From contig OZ024740.1 of assembly GCA_964016885.1 (NCBI GenBank), positions 11,036,001 through 11,100,000 of the forward strand: a stretch of DNA of 64,000 nucleotides. The letters run 5' to 3'. Made by a program: the position numbers and the translations under genes. Below are positions 1-12,370 of this stretch, piece after piece (positions within the stretch are counted from its first letter, which is position 1; every line of letters starts with the position of its first letter). Source of the stretch: Eledone cirrhosa (taxonomy: Eukaryota). The notes under the pieces were generated by a model. The model was not told the origin of the DNA. It made no database searches and saw nothing but the letters and a program-made list of their open reading frames with translations.

Positions 1-715
1 TGATGGTGATGGTGGTGATGGTGGTGATGATGGTAGTGGTGATGGTGATGGTGATGATGGTGGTGATGGTGATGATGGTGATGGTGGTGATGGTGGTGAT
101 GATGATGATGGTGATGGTGATGATGGTGATGGTAGCGATGGTAGTGGTGATGGTGATGATGGTGGTGATGGTGATGATGGTGATGATGATGGTGATGGTG
201 GTGATGATGGTGGTGATGATGGTAGTGATGATGGTAGTGGTGATGTTGATGGTGGTGGTAGTGATGGTAGTGATGATGGTGGTGGTGGTGGTGATGATGG
301 TAGTGATGGTGGTGGTGGTGATGGTAGTGATGGTGGTGGTAGTGATGGTAGTGATGGTGGTGGTAGTGATGGTAGTGATCATGGTGGTGGCGGTGATGGT
401 GATGATGATGGTAGTGATGATGGTGATGGTGGTGGTAGTGATGGTGATGATGGTGATGGTGCTGGTGATGGTGATGGTGATGATGGTGGTGGTGATGGTG
501 ATGGTGATGGTGGTTGTGATGGTGGTGGTTGTGATGATGGTGATGGTGGTGGTGATGGTAATGATGATGGTGGTGATGATGGTGGTGGTATTGAAGATAG
601 TGGTTTTCATGGTGATAGCAGTGGTGGTAGTTATGGTTGTAGAGGTGATAGTGGTGGTGGTTATGGTTGTGGAGGTGGCAGTAGTTGTGGTGGCAGTGGT
701 GGTAGTAGTAGGAAG
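1..715. repeat. Degenerate trinucleotide microsatellite (GAT/GGT/TAG)n, i.e. (ATC/ACC)n on the minus strand; continues off the left edge
   Basis: Directly visible mix of TGA/TGG/TAG triplets. It becomes more degenerate after ~590 (gca/gtt/gag interruptions). It explains the M/V-only ORF 3..737. Confidence 0.97.
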
Positions 716-723
716 TTACCAGA

Positions 724-932
724 AAAGTAGTTGGTAGCTTCTGTTACCTCAGAGGACCTAATTAGCACTGAAAACACAGTAGCTAAAATAAGAACAGTGT
801 AGAAAAAGTTCAGGGATCTACTACCTCTGTTGATAACTGACAAAGGTATTTTCTGTTCAAGTGAAGGGTAGATTATATAATGCTTACTTGAGAGGTGCAA
901 TGTTGCATGGCTGTGAGACATGGGTGGTAAAT
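724..932 (+). mobile_element. Decayed non-LTR retrotransposon (LINE, likely RTE clade) ORF2 fragment, region immediately C-terminal to the RT core
   Basis: Manual translation: 724-753 KVVGSFCYLR; +1 shift; 755-847 DLISTENTVAKIRTV*KKFRDLLPLLITDKG (TAG at 800-802 where W is expected); +1 shift; 849-932 FSVQVKGRLYNAYLRGAMLHGCETWVVN. This matches the recalled RTE-type motif series 'V.sF.YLG.....I..RI..aW..F..L..lL....ls...K.rlY...vrs.llyG.EtW'. No database search was run. Confidence 0.85.
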
Positions 933-2189
933 GGTAGATTATATGATGCTTACTTGAGAGGTGCAATGTTGCATGGCTGTGAGACATGGGTGGTAAATGG
1001 TAGATTATATAATGCTTACTTGAGAGGTGCAATGTTGCATGGCTGTGAGACATGGGTGGTAAATGGTAGATTATATGATGCTTACTTGAGAGGTGCAATG
1101 TTGCATGGCTGTGAGACATGGGTGGTAAATGGTAGATTATATAATGCTTACTTGAGAGGTGCAATGTTGCATGGCTGTGAGACATGGGTGGTAAATGGTA
1201 GATTATATGATGCTTACTTGAGAGGTGCAATGTTGCATGGCTGTGAGACATGGGTGGTAAATGGTAGATTATAAAATGCTTACTTGAGAGATGCAATGTT
1301 GCATGGCTGTGAGACATAGGTGGTAAATGGTAGATTATATGATGCTTACTTGAGAGGTGCAATGTTGCATGGCTGTGAGACATGGGTGGTAAATGGTAGA
1401 TTATATGATGCTTACTTGAGAGGTGCAATGTTGCATGGCTGTGAGACGTAGGTGGTAAATGGTAGATTATATAATGCTTACTTGAGAGGTGCAATGTTGC
1501 ATGGCTGTGAGACATGGGTGGTAAATGGTAGATTATATGATGCTTACTTGAGAGGTACAATGTTGCATGGCTGTGAGACATGGGTGGTAAATGGTAGATT
1601 ATATGATGCTTACTTGAGAGGTGCAATGTTGCATGGCTGTGAGACATAGGTGGTAAATGGTACATTATATGATGCTTACTTGAGAGGTGCAATGTTGCAT
1701 GGCTGTGAGACATGGGTGGTAAATGGTAGATTATATGATGCTTACTTGAGAGGTGCAATGTTGCATGGCTGTGAGACATGGGTGGTAAATGGTACATTAT
1801 ATAATGCTTACTTGACAGGTGCAATGTTGCATGGCTGTGAGACATAGGTGGTAAATGGTAGATTAAATAATGCTTACTTGAGAGGTGCAATGTTGCATGG
1901 CTGTGAGACATGGGTGGTAAATGGTAGATTATATAATGCTTACTTGAGAGGTGCAATGTTGCATGGCTGTGAGACATGGGTGGTAAATGGTAGATTATAA
2001 AATGCTTACTTGAGAGGTGCAATGTTGCATGGCTGTGAGACATGGGTGGTAAATGGTAGATTATATGATGCTTACTTGAGAGGTGCAATGTTGCATGGCT
2101 GTGAGACATGGGTGGTAAATGGTAGATTATATGATGCTTACTTGAGAGGTGCAATGTTGCATGGCTGTGAGACATGGGTGGTAAATGGT

Positions 2190-4040
2190 AGATTATATGA
2201 TGCTTACTTGAGAGGTACAATGTGCATGGCTGTGAGACATGGGTGGTAAATGGTAGATTATATAATGCTTACTTGAGAGGTGCAATGTTGCATGGCTGTG
2301 AGACATAGGTGGTAAATGGTAGATTATATAATGCTTACTTGAGAGGTGCAATGTTGCATGGCTGTGACACATGGGTGGTAAATGGTAGATTATATGATGC
2401 TTACTTGAGAGGTGCAATGTTGCATGGCTGTGAGACATAGGTGGTAAATGGTAGATTATATAATGCTTACTTGAGAACTGCAATGTTGCATTGCTGTGAG
2501 ACATGGGTGGTAAATGGTAGATTATATGATGCTTACTTGAGAGGTGCAATGTTGCATGGCTGTGAGACATGGGTGGTAAATGGTACATTATAAAATGCTT
2601 ACTTGAGATGTGCAATGTTGCATGGCTGTGAGACATGGGTGGTAAATCGTAGATTATATGATGCTTACTTGAGAGGTACAATGTTGCATGGCTGTGAGAC
2701 ATAGGTGGTAAATGGTAGATTATATGATGCTTACTTGAGAGGTACAATGTTGCATGGCTGTGAGACATAGGTGGTAAATGGTAGATTATATGATGCTTAC
2801 TTGAGAGGTACAATGTTGCATGGCTGTGAGACATGGGTGGTAAATGGTAGATTATATAATGCTTACTTGAGAGGTGCAATGTTGCATGGCTGTGAGACAT
2901 GCGGGGTAAATGGTAGATTATATGATGCTTACTTGAGAGGTGCAATGTTGCATGGCTGTGAGACATGGGTGGTAAATGGTAGATTATATGATGCTTACTT
3001 GAGAGATGCAATGTTGCATGGCTGTGAGACATGGGTGGTAAATGGTAGATTATATGATGCTTACTTGAGAGGTGCAATGTTGCATGGCTGTGAGACATGG
3101 GTGGTAAATGGTAGATTATATGATGCTTACTTGAGAGGTGCAATGTTGCATGGCTGTGAGACATGGGTGGTAAATGGTAGATTATATGATGCTTACTTGA
3201 GAGGTACAATGTGCATGGCTGTGAGACATGGGTGGTAAATGGTAGATTATATAATGCTTACTTGAGAGGTGCAATGTTGCATGGCTGTGACACATGGGTG
3301 GTAAATGGTAGATTATATGATGCTTACTTGAGAGGTGCAATGTTGCATGGCTGTGAGACATGGGTGGTAAATGGTAGATTATATAATGCTTACTTGAGAA
3401 CTGCAATGTTGCATTGCTGTGAGACATGGGTGGTAAATGGTAGATTATATGATGCTTACTTGAGAGGTACAATGTTGCATGGCTGTGAGACATAGGTGGT
3501 AAATGGTAGATTATATGATGCTTACTTGAGAGGTGCAATGTTGCATGGCTGTGAGACATGGGTGGTAAATGGTACATTATAAAATGCTTACTTGAGATGT
3601 GCAATGTTGCATGGCTGTGAGACATGGGTGGTAAATCGTAGATTATATGATGCTTACTTGAGAGGTACAATGTTGCATGGCTGTGAGACATAGGTGGTAA
3701 ATGGTAGATTATATGATGCTTACTTGAGAGGTACAATGTTGCATGGCTGTGAGACATAGGTGGTAAATGGTAGATTATATGATGCTTACTTGAGAGGTAC
3801 AATGTTGCATGGCTGTGAGACATGGGTGGTAAATGGTAGATTATATAATGCTTACTTGAGAGGTGCAATGTTGCATGGCTGTGAGACATGCGGGGTAAAT
3901 GGTAGATTATATGATGCTTACTTGAGAGGTGCAATGTTGCATGGCTGTGAGACATGGGTGGTAAATGGTAGATTATATGATGCTTACTTGAGAGATGCAA
4001 TGTTGTATGGCTGTGAGACATGGGTGGTAAATGGTACATT
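2190..4040 (+). repeat. ~989-bp (15-monomer) tandem higher-order duplication
   Basis: ORF starts 2193/3182 and 2771/3760 are offset by 989. Shared private variants are gagaactgc, agatgtgc, aatcgtag, tgcgggg and ggtacaatgtgcat. Confidence 0.8.
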
Positions 4041-7000
4041 ATAAAATGCTTACTTGAGATGTGCAATGTTGCATGGCTGTGAGACATGGGTGGTAAATCG
4101 TAGATTATATGATGCTTACTTGAGAGGTGCAATGTTGCATGGCTGTGAGACATAGGTGGTAAATGGTAGATTATATGATGCTTACTTGAGAGGTGCAATG
4201 TTGCATGGATGTGAGACATGGATGGTAAATGGTAGATTATATGATGCTTACTTGAGAGATGCAATGTTGCATGGCTGTGAGACATGGGTGGTAAATGGTA
4301 GATTATATGATGCTTACTTGAGAGGTGCAATGTTGCATGGCTGTGAGACATGGGTGGTAAATGGTAGATTATATGATGCTTACTTGAGAGGTGCAATGTT
4401 GCATGGCTGTGAGATATGGGTGGTAAATGGTAGATTATATGATGCTTACTTGAGAGGTGCAATGTTGCATGGCTGTGAGACATGGGTGGTAAATGGTAGA
4501 TTATATAATGCTTACTTGAGAGGTGCAATGTTGCATGGCTGTGAGACATAGGTGGTAAATGGTAGATTATATAATGCTTACTTGAGAGGTGCAATGTTGC
4601 ATGGCTGTGACACATGGGTGGTAAATGGTAGATTATATGATGCTTACTTGAGAGGTGCAATGTTGCATGGCTGTGAGACATAGGTGGTAAATGGTAGATT
4701 ATAAAATGCTTACTTGAGAGGTGCAATGTTGCATGGCTGTGAGACATGGGTGGTAAATGGTAGATTATATGATGCTTACTTGAGAGGTGCAATGTTGCAT
4801 GGCTGTGAGACATGGGTGGTAAATGGTAGATTATATGATGCTTACTTGAGAGGTGCAATGTTGCATGGCTGTGAGACAGGTGGTAAATGGTAGATTATAT
4901 GATGCTTACTTGAGAGGTGCAATGTGCATGGCTGTGAGACATAGGTGGTAAATGGTAGATTATATAATGCTTACTTGAGAGGTGCAATGTTGCATGGCTG
5001 TGTGACATGGGTGGTAAATGGTAGATTATATGATGCTTACTTGAGAGGTGCAATGTTGCATGGCTGTGAGACATAGGTGGTAAATGGTAGATTATATGAT
5101 GCTTACTTGAGAGGTGCAATGTGCATGGCTGTGAGACATAGGTGGTAAATGGTAGATTATATGATGCTTACTTGAGAGGTGCAATGTTGCATGGTTGTGA
5201 GACATGGGTGGTAAATGGTAGATTATATGATGCTTACTTGAGAGGTGCAATGTTGCATGGCTGTGAGACAGGTGGTAAATGGTAGATTATATAATGCTTA
5301 CTTGAGAGGTACAATGTTGCATGGCTGTGAGACATAGGTGGTAAATGGTAGATTATATGATGCTTACTTGAGAGGTACAATGTTGCATGGCTGTGAGACA
5401 TGGGTGGTAAATGGTAGATTATATAATGCTTACTTGAGAGGTGCAATGTTGCATGGCTGTGAGACATGCGTGGTAAATGGTAGATTATATGATGCTTACT
5501 TGAGAGGTGCAATGTTGCATGGCTGTGAGACATGGGTGGTAAATGGTAGATTATATAATGCTTACTTGAGAGGTGCAATGTTGCATGGCTGTGAGACATA
5601 GGTGGTAAATGGTAGATTATATAATGCTTACTTGAGAGGTGCAATGTTGCATGGCTGTGAGACATGCGTGGTAAATGGTAGATTATATGATGCTTACTTG
5701 AGAGGTGCAATGTTGTATGGCTGTGAGACATGGGTGGTAAATGGTAGATTATATGATGCTTACTTGAGAGGTGCAATGTTGCATGGCTGTGAGACATAGG
5801 TGGTAAATGGAATATTATAAAATGCTTACTTGAGAGGTGCAATGTTGCATGGCGGTGAGACATGGGTGGTAAATCGTAGATTATATGATGCTTACTTGAG
5901 AGGTGCAATGTTGCATGGCTGTGACACATGGGTGGTAAATGGTAGATTATATGATGCTTACTTGAGAGGTGCAATGTTGCATGGCTGTGAGACATGGGTG
6001 GTAAATGGTAGATTATATGATGCTTACTTGAGAGGTGCAATGTTGCATGGCTGTGAGACATAGGTGGTAAATGGTAGATTATATGATGCTTACTTGAGAG
6101 GTGCAATGTTGCATGGTTGTGAGACATGGGTGGTAAATGGTAGATTATATGATGCTTACTTGAGAGGTGCAATGTTGCATGGCTGTGAGACATGGGTGGT
6201 AAATGGTAGATTATAAAATGCTTACTTGAGAGGTGCAATGTTGCATGGTTGTGAGACATGTGTGGTAAATGGTAGATTATATGATGCTTACTTGAGAGGT
6301 GCAATGTTGCATGGCTGTGAGACATGGGTGGTAAATGGTAGATTATATGATGCTTACTTGAGAGGTGCAATGTTGCATGGCTGTGAGACATGGGTGGTAA
6401 ATAGTAGATTATATGATGCTTACTTGAGAGGTACAATGTTGCATGGCTGTGAGACATGGGTGGTAAATGGTAGATTATATGATGCTTACTTAAGAGGTGC
6501 AATGTTGTATGGCTGTGAGACATGGGTGGTAAATGGTAGATTATATGATGCTTACTTCAGAGGTGCAATGTTGCATGGCTGTGAGACATGTGTGGTAAAT
6601 GGTAGATTATATGATGCTTACTTGAGAGGTGCAATGATGCATGGCTGTGAGACATGGGTGGTAAATGGTAGATTATAAAATGCTTACTTGAGAGGTGCAA
6701 TGTTGCATGGCTGTGAGACATGTGTGGTAAATGGTAGATTATATGATGCTTACTTGAGAGGTGCAATGTTGCATGGCTGTGAGACATGGGTGGTAAATGG
6801 TAGATTATATGATGCTTACCTGAGAGGGGCAATGTTGCATGGCTGTGAGACATGGGTGGTAAATGGTAGATTATATGATGCTTACTTGAGAGGTGCAATG
6901 TTGCATGGCTGTGAGACATGGGTGGTAAATGGTAGATTATATAATGCTTACTTGAGAGGTGCAATGTTGCATCGCTGTGAGACATGGGTGGTAAATGGTA

Positions 7001-10000
7001 GATTATATGATGCTTACTTGAGAGGTGCAATGTTGCATGGCTGTGAGACATGGATGGTAAATGGTAGATTATATGATGCTTACTTGAGAGGTGCAATGTT
7101 GCATGGCTGTGAGACATGGGTGGTAAATGGTAGATTATATGATGATTACTTGAGAGGTGCAATGTTGCATGGCTGTGAGACGTAGGTGGTAAATGGTAGA
7201 TTATATGATGCTTACTTGAGAGGTGTAATGTTGCATGGCTGTGAGACATGGGTGGTAAATGGTAGATTATATGATGCTTACTTGAGAGGTGCAATGTTGC
7301 ATGGCTGTGAGACATGGGTGGTAAATGGTAGATTATATGATGCTTACTTGAGAGGTGCAATGTTGCATGGCTGTGAGACATAGGTGGTAAATGGTAGATT
7401 ATATGATGCTTACTTGAGAGGTGCAATGTTGCATGGCTGTGAGACATGGGTGGTAAATGGTAGATTATAAAATGCTTACTTGAGAGATGCAATGATGCAT
7501 GGCTGTGAGACATGGGTGGTAAATGGTAGATTATATAATGCTTACTTGAGAGGTGCAGTGTTGCATGGCTGTGAGACATGGGTGGTAAATGGTAGATTAT
7601 AAAATGCTTACTTGAGAGGTGCAATGTTGCATGGCTGTGAGACATGGGTGGTAAATGGTAGATTATATGATGCTTACTTGAGAGGTGCAATGTTGCATGG
7701 CTGTGAGACATGGGTGGTAAATGGTAGATTATATGATGCTTACTTGAGAGGTGCAATGTTGCATGGCTGTGAGACATGGGTGGTAAATGGTAGATTATAT
7801 GATGCTTACTTGAGAGGTGCAATGTTGCATTGCTGTGAGACATAGGTGGTAAATGGTAGGTTATATGATGCTTACTTGAGAGGCGTAATGTTGCATGGCT
7901 GTGAGACATAGGTGGTAAATGGTAGATTATATGATGCTTACTTGAGAGGTACAATGTTGCATGGCTGTGACACATTGGTGGTAAATGGTAGATTATATAA
8001 TGCTTACTTGAGAGGTGCAATGTTGCATGGCTGTGTGACATGGGTGGTAAATGGTAGACTATATGATGCTTACTTGAGAGGTGCAATGTTGCATGGCTGT
8101 GAGACATAGGTGGAAAATGGTAGATTATATGATGCTTACTTGAGAGGTACAATGTTGCATGGCTGTGAGACATGGGTGGTAAATGGTAGATTATATGATG
8201 CTTACTTGAGAGGTGCAATGTGCATGGCTGTGAGACATAGGTGGTAAATGGTAGATTATATGATGCTTACTTGAGAGGTGCAATGTTGCATGGCTGTGAG
8301 ACGTAGGTGGTAAATGGTAGATTATATGATGCTTACTTGAGAGGTGCAATGTTGCATGGCTGTGAGACATGGGTGGTAAATGGTAGATTATATGATGCTT
8401 ACTTGAGAGGTGCAATGTTGCATGGCTGTGAGACATGGGTGGTAAATGGTAGATTATATGATGCTTACTTGAGAGGTGCAATGTTGCATGGCTGTGAGAC
8501 ATAGGTGGTAAATGGTAGATTATATGATGCTTACTTGAGAGGAGCAATGTTGCATGGCTGTGAGACATGGGTGGTAAATGGTAGATTATATGATGCTTAC
8601 TTGAGAGGTGCAATGTTGCATGGCTGTGAGACATAGGTGGTAAATGGTAGATTATATGATGCTTACTTGAGAGGTGCAATGTTGCATGGCTGTGAGACAT
8701 GGGTGGTAAATGGTAGATTATATGATGCTTACTTGAGAGGTGCAATGTTGCATGGCTGTGAGACATGGGTAGTAAATGGTAGATTATATGATGCTTACTT
8801 GAGAGGTGCAATGTTGCATGGCTGTGAGACATGGGTGGTAAATGGTAGATTATATAATGCTTACTTGAGAGGTGCAATGTTGCATGGCTGTGAGACATGG
8901 GTGGTAAATGGTAGATTATATGATGCTTACTTGAGAGGTGCAATGTTGCATGGCTGTGAGACATGGGTGGTAAATGGTAGATTATAAAATGCTTACTTGA
9001 GAGATGCAATGTTGCATGGCTGTGAGACATAGGTGGTAAATGGTAGATTATATGATGCTTACTTGAGAGGTGCAATGTTGCATGGCTGTGAGACATGGGT
9101 GGTAAATGGTAGATTATATGATGCTTACTTGAGAGGTGCAATGTTGCATGGCTGTGAGACGTAGGTGGTAAATGGTAGATTATATGATGCTTACTTGAGA
9201 GGTGCAATGTTGCATGGCTGTGAGACATGGGTGGTAAATGGTAGATTATATGATGCTTACTTGAGAGGTACAATGTTGCATGGCTGTGAGACATGGGTGG
9301 TAAATGGTAGATTATATGATGCTTACTTGAGAGGTGCAATGTTGCATGGCTGTGAGACATGGGTGGTAAATGGTAGATTATATGATGCTTACTTGAGAGG
9401 TGCAATGTTGCATGGCTGTGAGACATGGGTGGTAAATGGTAGATTATAAAATGCTTACTTGAGAGGTGCAATGTTGCATGGCTGTGTGACATGGGTGGTA
9501 AATGGTAGATTATATAATGCTTACTTGAGAGGTGCAATGTTGCATGGCTGTGAGACATGGGTGGTAAATGGTAGATTATATAATGCTTACTTGAGAGGTG
9601 CAATGTTGCATGGCTGTGAGACATGGGTGGTAAATGGTAGATTATAAAATGCTTACTTGAGAGATGCAATGATGCATGGCTGTGAGACATGGGTGGTAAA
9701 TGGTAGATTATATAATGCTTACTTGAGAGGTGCAATGTTGCATGGCTGTGAGACATGGGTGGTAAATGGTAGATTATAAAATGCTTACTTGAGAGGTGCA
9801 ATGTTGCATGGCTGTGTGACATGGGTGGTAAATGGTAGATTATATAATGCTTACTTGAGAGGTGCAATGTTGCATGGCTGTGAGACATGGGTGGTAAATG
9901 GTAGATTATATAATGCTTACTTGAGAGGTGCAATGTTGCATGGCTGTGTGACATGGGTGGTAAATGGTAGATTATATAATGCTTACTTGAGAGGTGCAAT

Positions 10001-10439
10001 GTTGCATGGCTGTGAGACATGGGTGGTAAATGGTAGATTATAAAATGCTTACTTGAGAGGTGCAATGTTGCATGGCTGTGTGACATGGGTGGTAAATGGT
10101 AGATTATATGATGCTTACTTGAGAGGTGCAATGTTGCATGGCTGTGAGACATGGGTGGTAAATGGTAGATTTTATGATGCTTACTTGAGAGGTGCAATGT
10201 TGCATGGCTGTGAGACATGGGTGGTAAATGGTATATTATAAAATGCTTACTTGAGAGGTGCAATGTTGCATGGCTGTCAGACATGTGTGGTAAATGGTAG
10301 ATTATATGATGCTTACTTGAGAGGTGCAATGTTGCATGGCTGTGAGACATGGGTGGTAAATGGTAGATTATATGATGCTTAGTTGAGAGGTGCAATGTTG
10401 CATGGCTGTGAGACATGGGTGGCAAATGGTAGATTATAT

Positions 10440-12370
10440 GATGCTTACTTGAGAGGTGCAATGTTGCATGGCTGTGAGACATGGGTAGTAAATGGTAGAT
10501 TATATGATGCTTACTTGAGAGGTGCAATGTTGCATGGCTGTGAGACATGGGTGGTAAATGGTAGATTATATGATGCTTACCTGAGAGGGGCAATGTTGCA
10601 TGGCTGTGAGACATGGGTGGTAAATGGTAGATTATATGATGCTTACTTGAGAGGTGCAATGTTGCATGGCTGTGAGACATGGGTGGTAAATGGTAGATTA
10701 TATAATGCTTACTTGAGAGGTGCAATGTTCTATGGCTGTGAGACATGGGTGGTAAATGGTAGATAATATGATGCTTACTTGAGAGGTGCAATGTTGCATG
10801 GCTGTGAGACATGGGTGGTAAATGGTAGATTATATAATGCTTACTTGAGAGGTGCAATGGTGCATGGCTGTGAGACATAGGTGGTAAATGGTAGATTATA
10901 TGATGCTTACTTGAGAGGTGCAATGTTGCATTGCTGTGAGACATAGGTGGTAAATGGTAGGTTATATGATGCTTACTTGAAAGGCGCAATGTTGCATGGC
11001 TGTGAGACATAGGTGGTAAATGGTAGATTATATGATGCTTACTTGAGAGGTATAACGTTGCATGGCTGTGACACATTGGTGGTAAATGGTAGATTATATA
11101 ATGCTTACTTGAGAGGTGCAATGTTGCATGGCTGTGTGACATGGGTGGTAAATGGTAGATTATATGATGCTTACTTGAGAGGTGCAATGTTGCATGGCTG
11201 TGAGATATAGGTGGTAAATGGTAGATTATATGTTGCATGGCTGTGAGACATAGGTGGTAAATGGTAGATTATATGATGCTTACTTGAGAGGTACAATGTT
11301 GCATGGCTGTGAGACATGGGTGGTAAATGGTAGATTATATGATGCTTACTTGAGAGGTGCAATGTGCATGGCTGTGAGACATAGGTGGTAAATGGTAGAT
11401 TATATGATGCTTACTTGAGAGGTGCAATGTTGCATGGCTGTGAGACATGGGTAGTAAATGGTAGATTATATGATGCTTACTTGAGAGGTGCAATGTTGCA
11501 TGGCTGTGAGACATGGGTGGTAAATGGTAGATTATATGATGCTTACCTGAGAGGGGCAATGTTGCATGGCTGTGAGACATGGGTGGTAAATGGTAGATTA
11601 TATGATGCTTACTTGAGAGGTGCAATGTTGCATGGCTGTGAGACATGGGTGGTAAATGGTAGATTATATAATGCTTACTTGAGATGTGCAATGTTCTATG
11701 GCTGTGAGACATGGGTGGTAAATGGTAGATAATATGATGCTTACTTGAGAGGTGCAATGTTGCATGGCTGTGAGACATGGGTGGTAAATGGTAGATTATA
11801 TAATGCTTACTTGAGAGGTGCAATGGTGCATGGCTGTGAGACATAGGTGGTAAATGGTAGATTATATGATGCTTACTTGAGAGGTGCAATGTTGCATTGC
11901 TGTGAGACATAGGTGGTAAATGGTAGGTTATATGATGCTTACTTGAAAGGCGCAATGTTGCATGGCTGTGAGACATAGGTGGTAAATGGTAGATTATATG
12001 ATGCTTACTTGAGAGGTATAACGTTGCATGGCTGTGACACATTGGTGGTAAATGGTAGATTATATAATGCTTACTTGAGAGGTGCAATGTTGCATGGCTG
12101 TGTGACATGGGTGGTAAATGGTAGATTATATGATGCTTACTTGAGAGGTGCAATGTTGCATGGCTGTGAGACATAGGTGGTAAATGGTAGATTATATGTT
12201 GCATGGCTGTGAGACATAGGTGGTAAATGGTAGATTATATGATGCTTACTTGAGAGGTACAATGTTGCATGGCTGTGAGACATGGGTGGTAAATGGTAGA
12301 TTATATGATGCTTACTTGAGAGGTGCAATGTGCATGGCTGTGAGACATAGGTGGTAAATGGTAGATTATA
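10440..12370 (+). repeat. 966-bp (15-monomer; 990-23-1) tandem higher-order duplication
   Basis: ORFs 11013/11979 and 11171/12137 are offset by 966. Shared variants are gggtagta, ttctatgg, agataatat, tgaaaggcg, tataacg and the 23-bp-deletion monomer. Confidence 0.85.

Noticed and set aside
1-715. Telomeric repeat or G-quadruplex tract
   Set aside because: There is no TTAGGG/TTAGG-type unit and essentially no GGG runs. It is an ordinary degenerate triplet repeat.
3-737. 244-aa Met/Val ORF
   Set aside because: It is the translation of a trinucleotide microsatellite, with no coding evidence.
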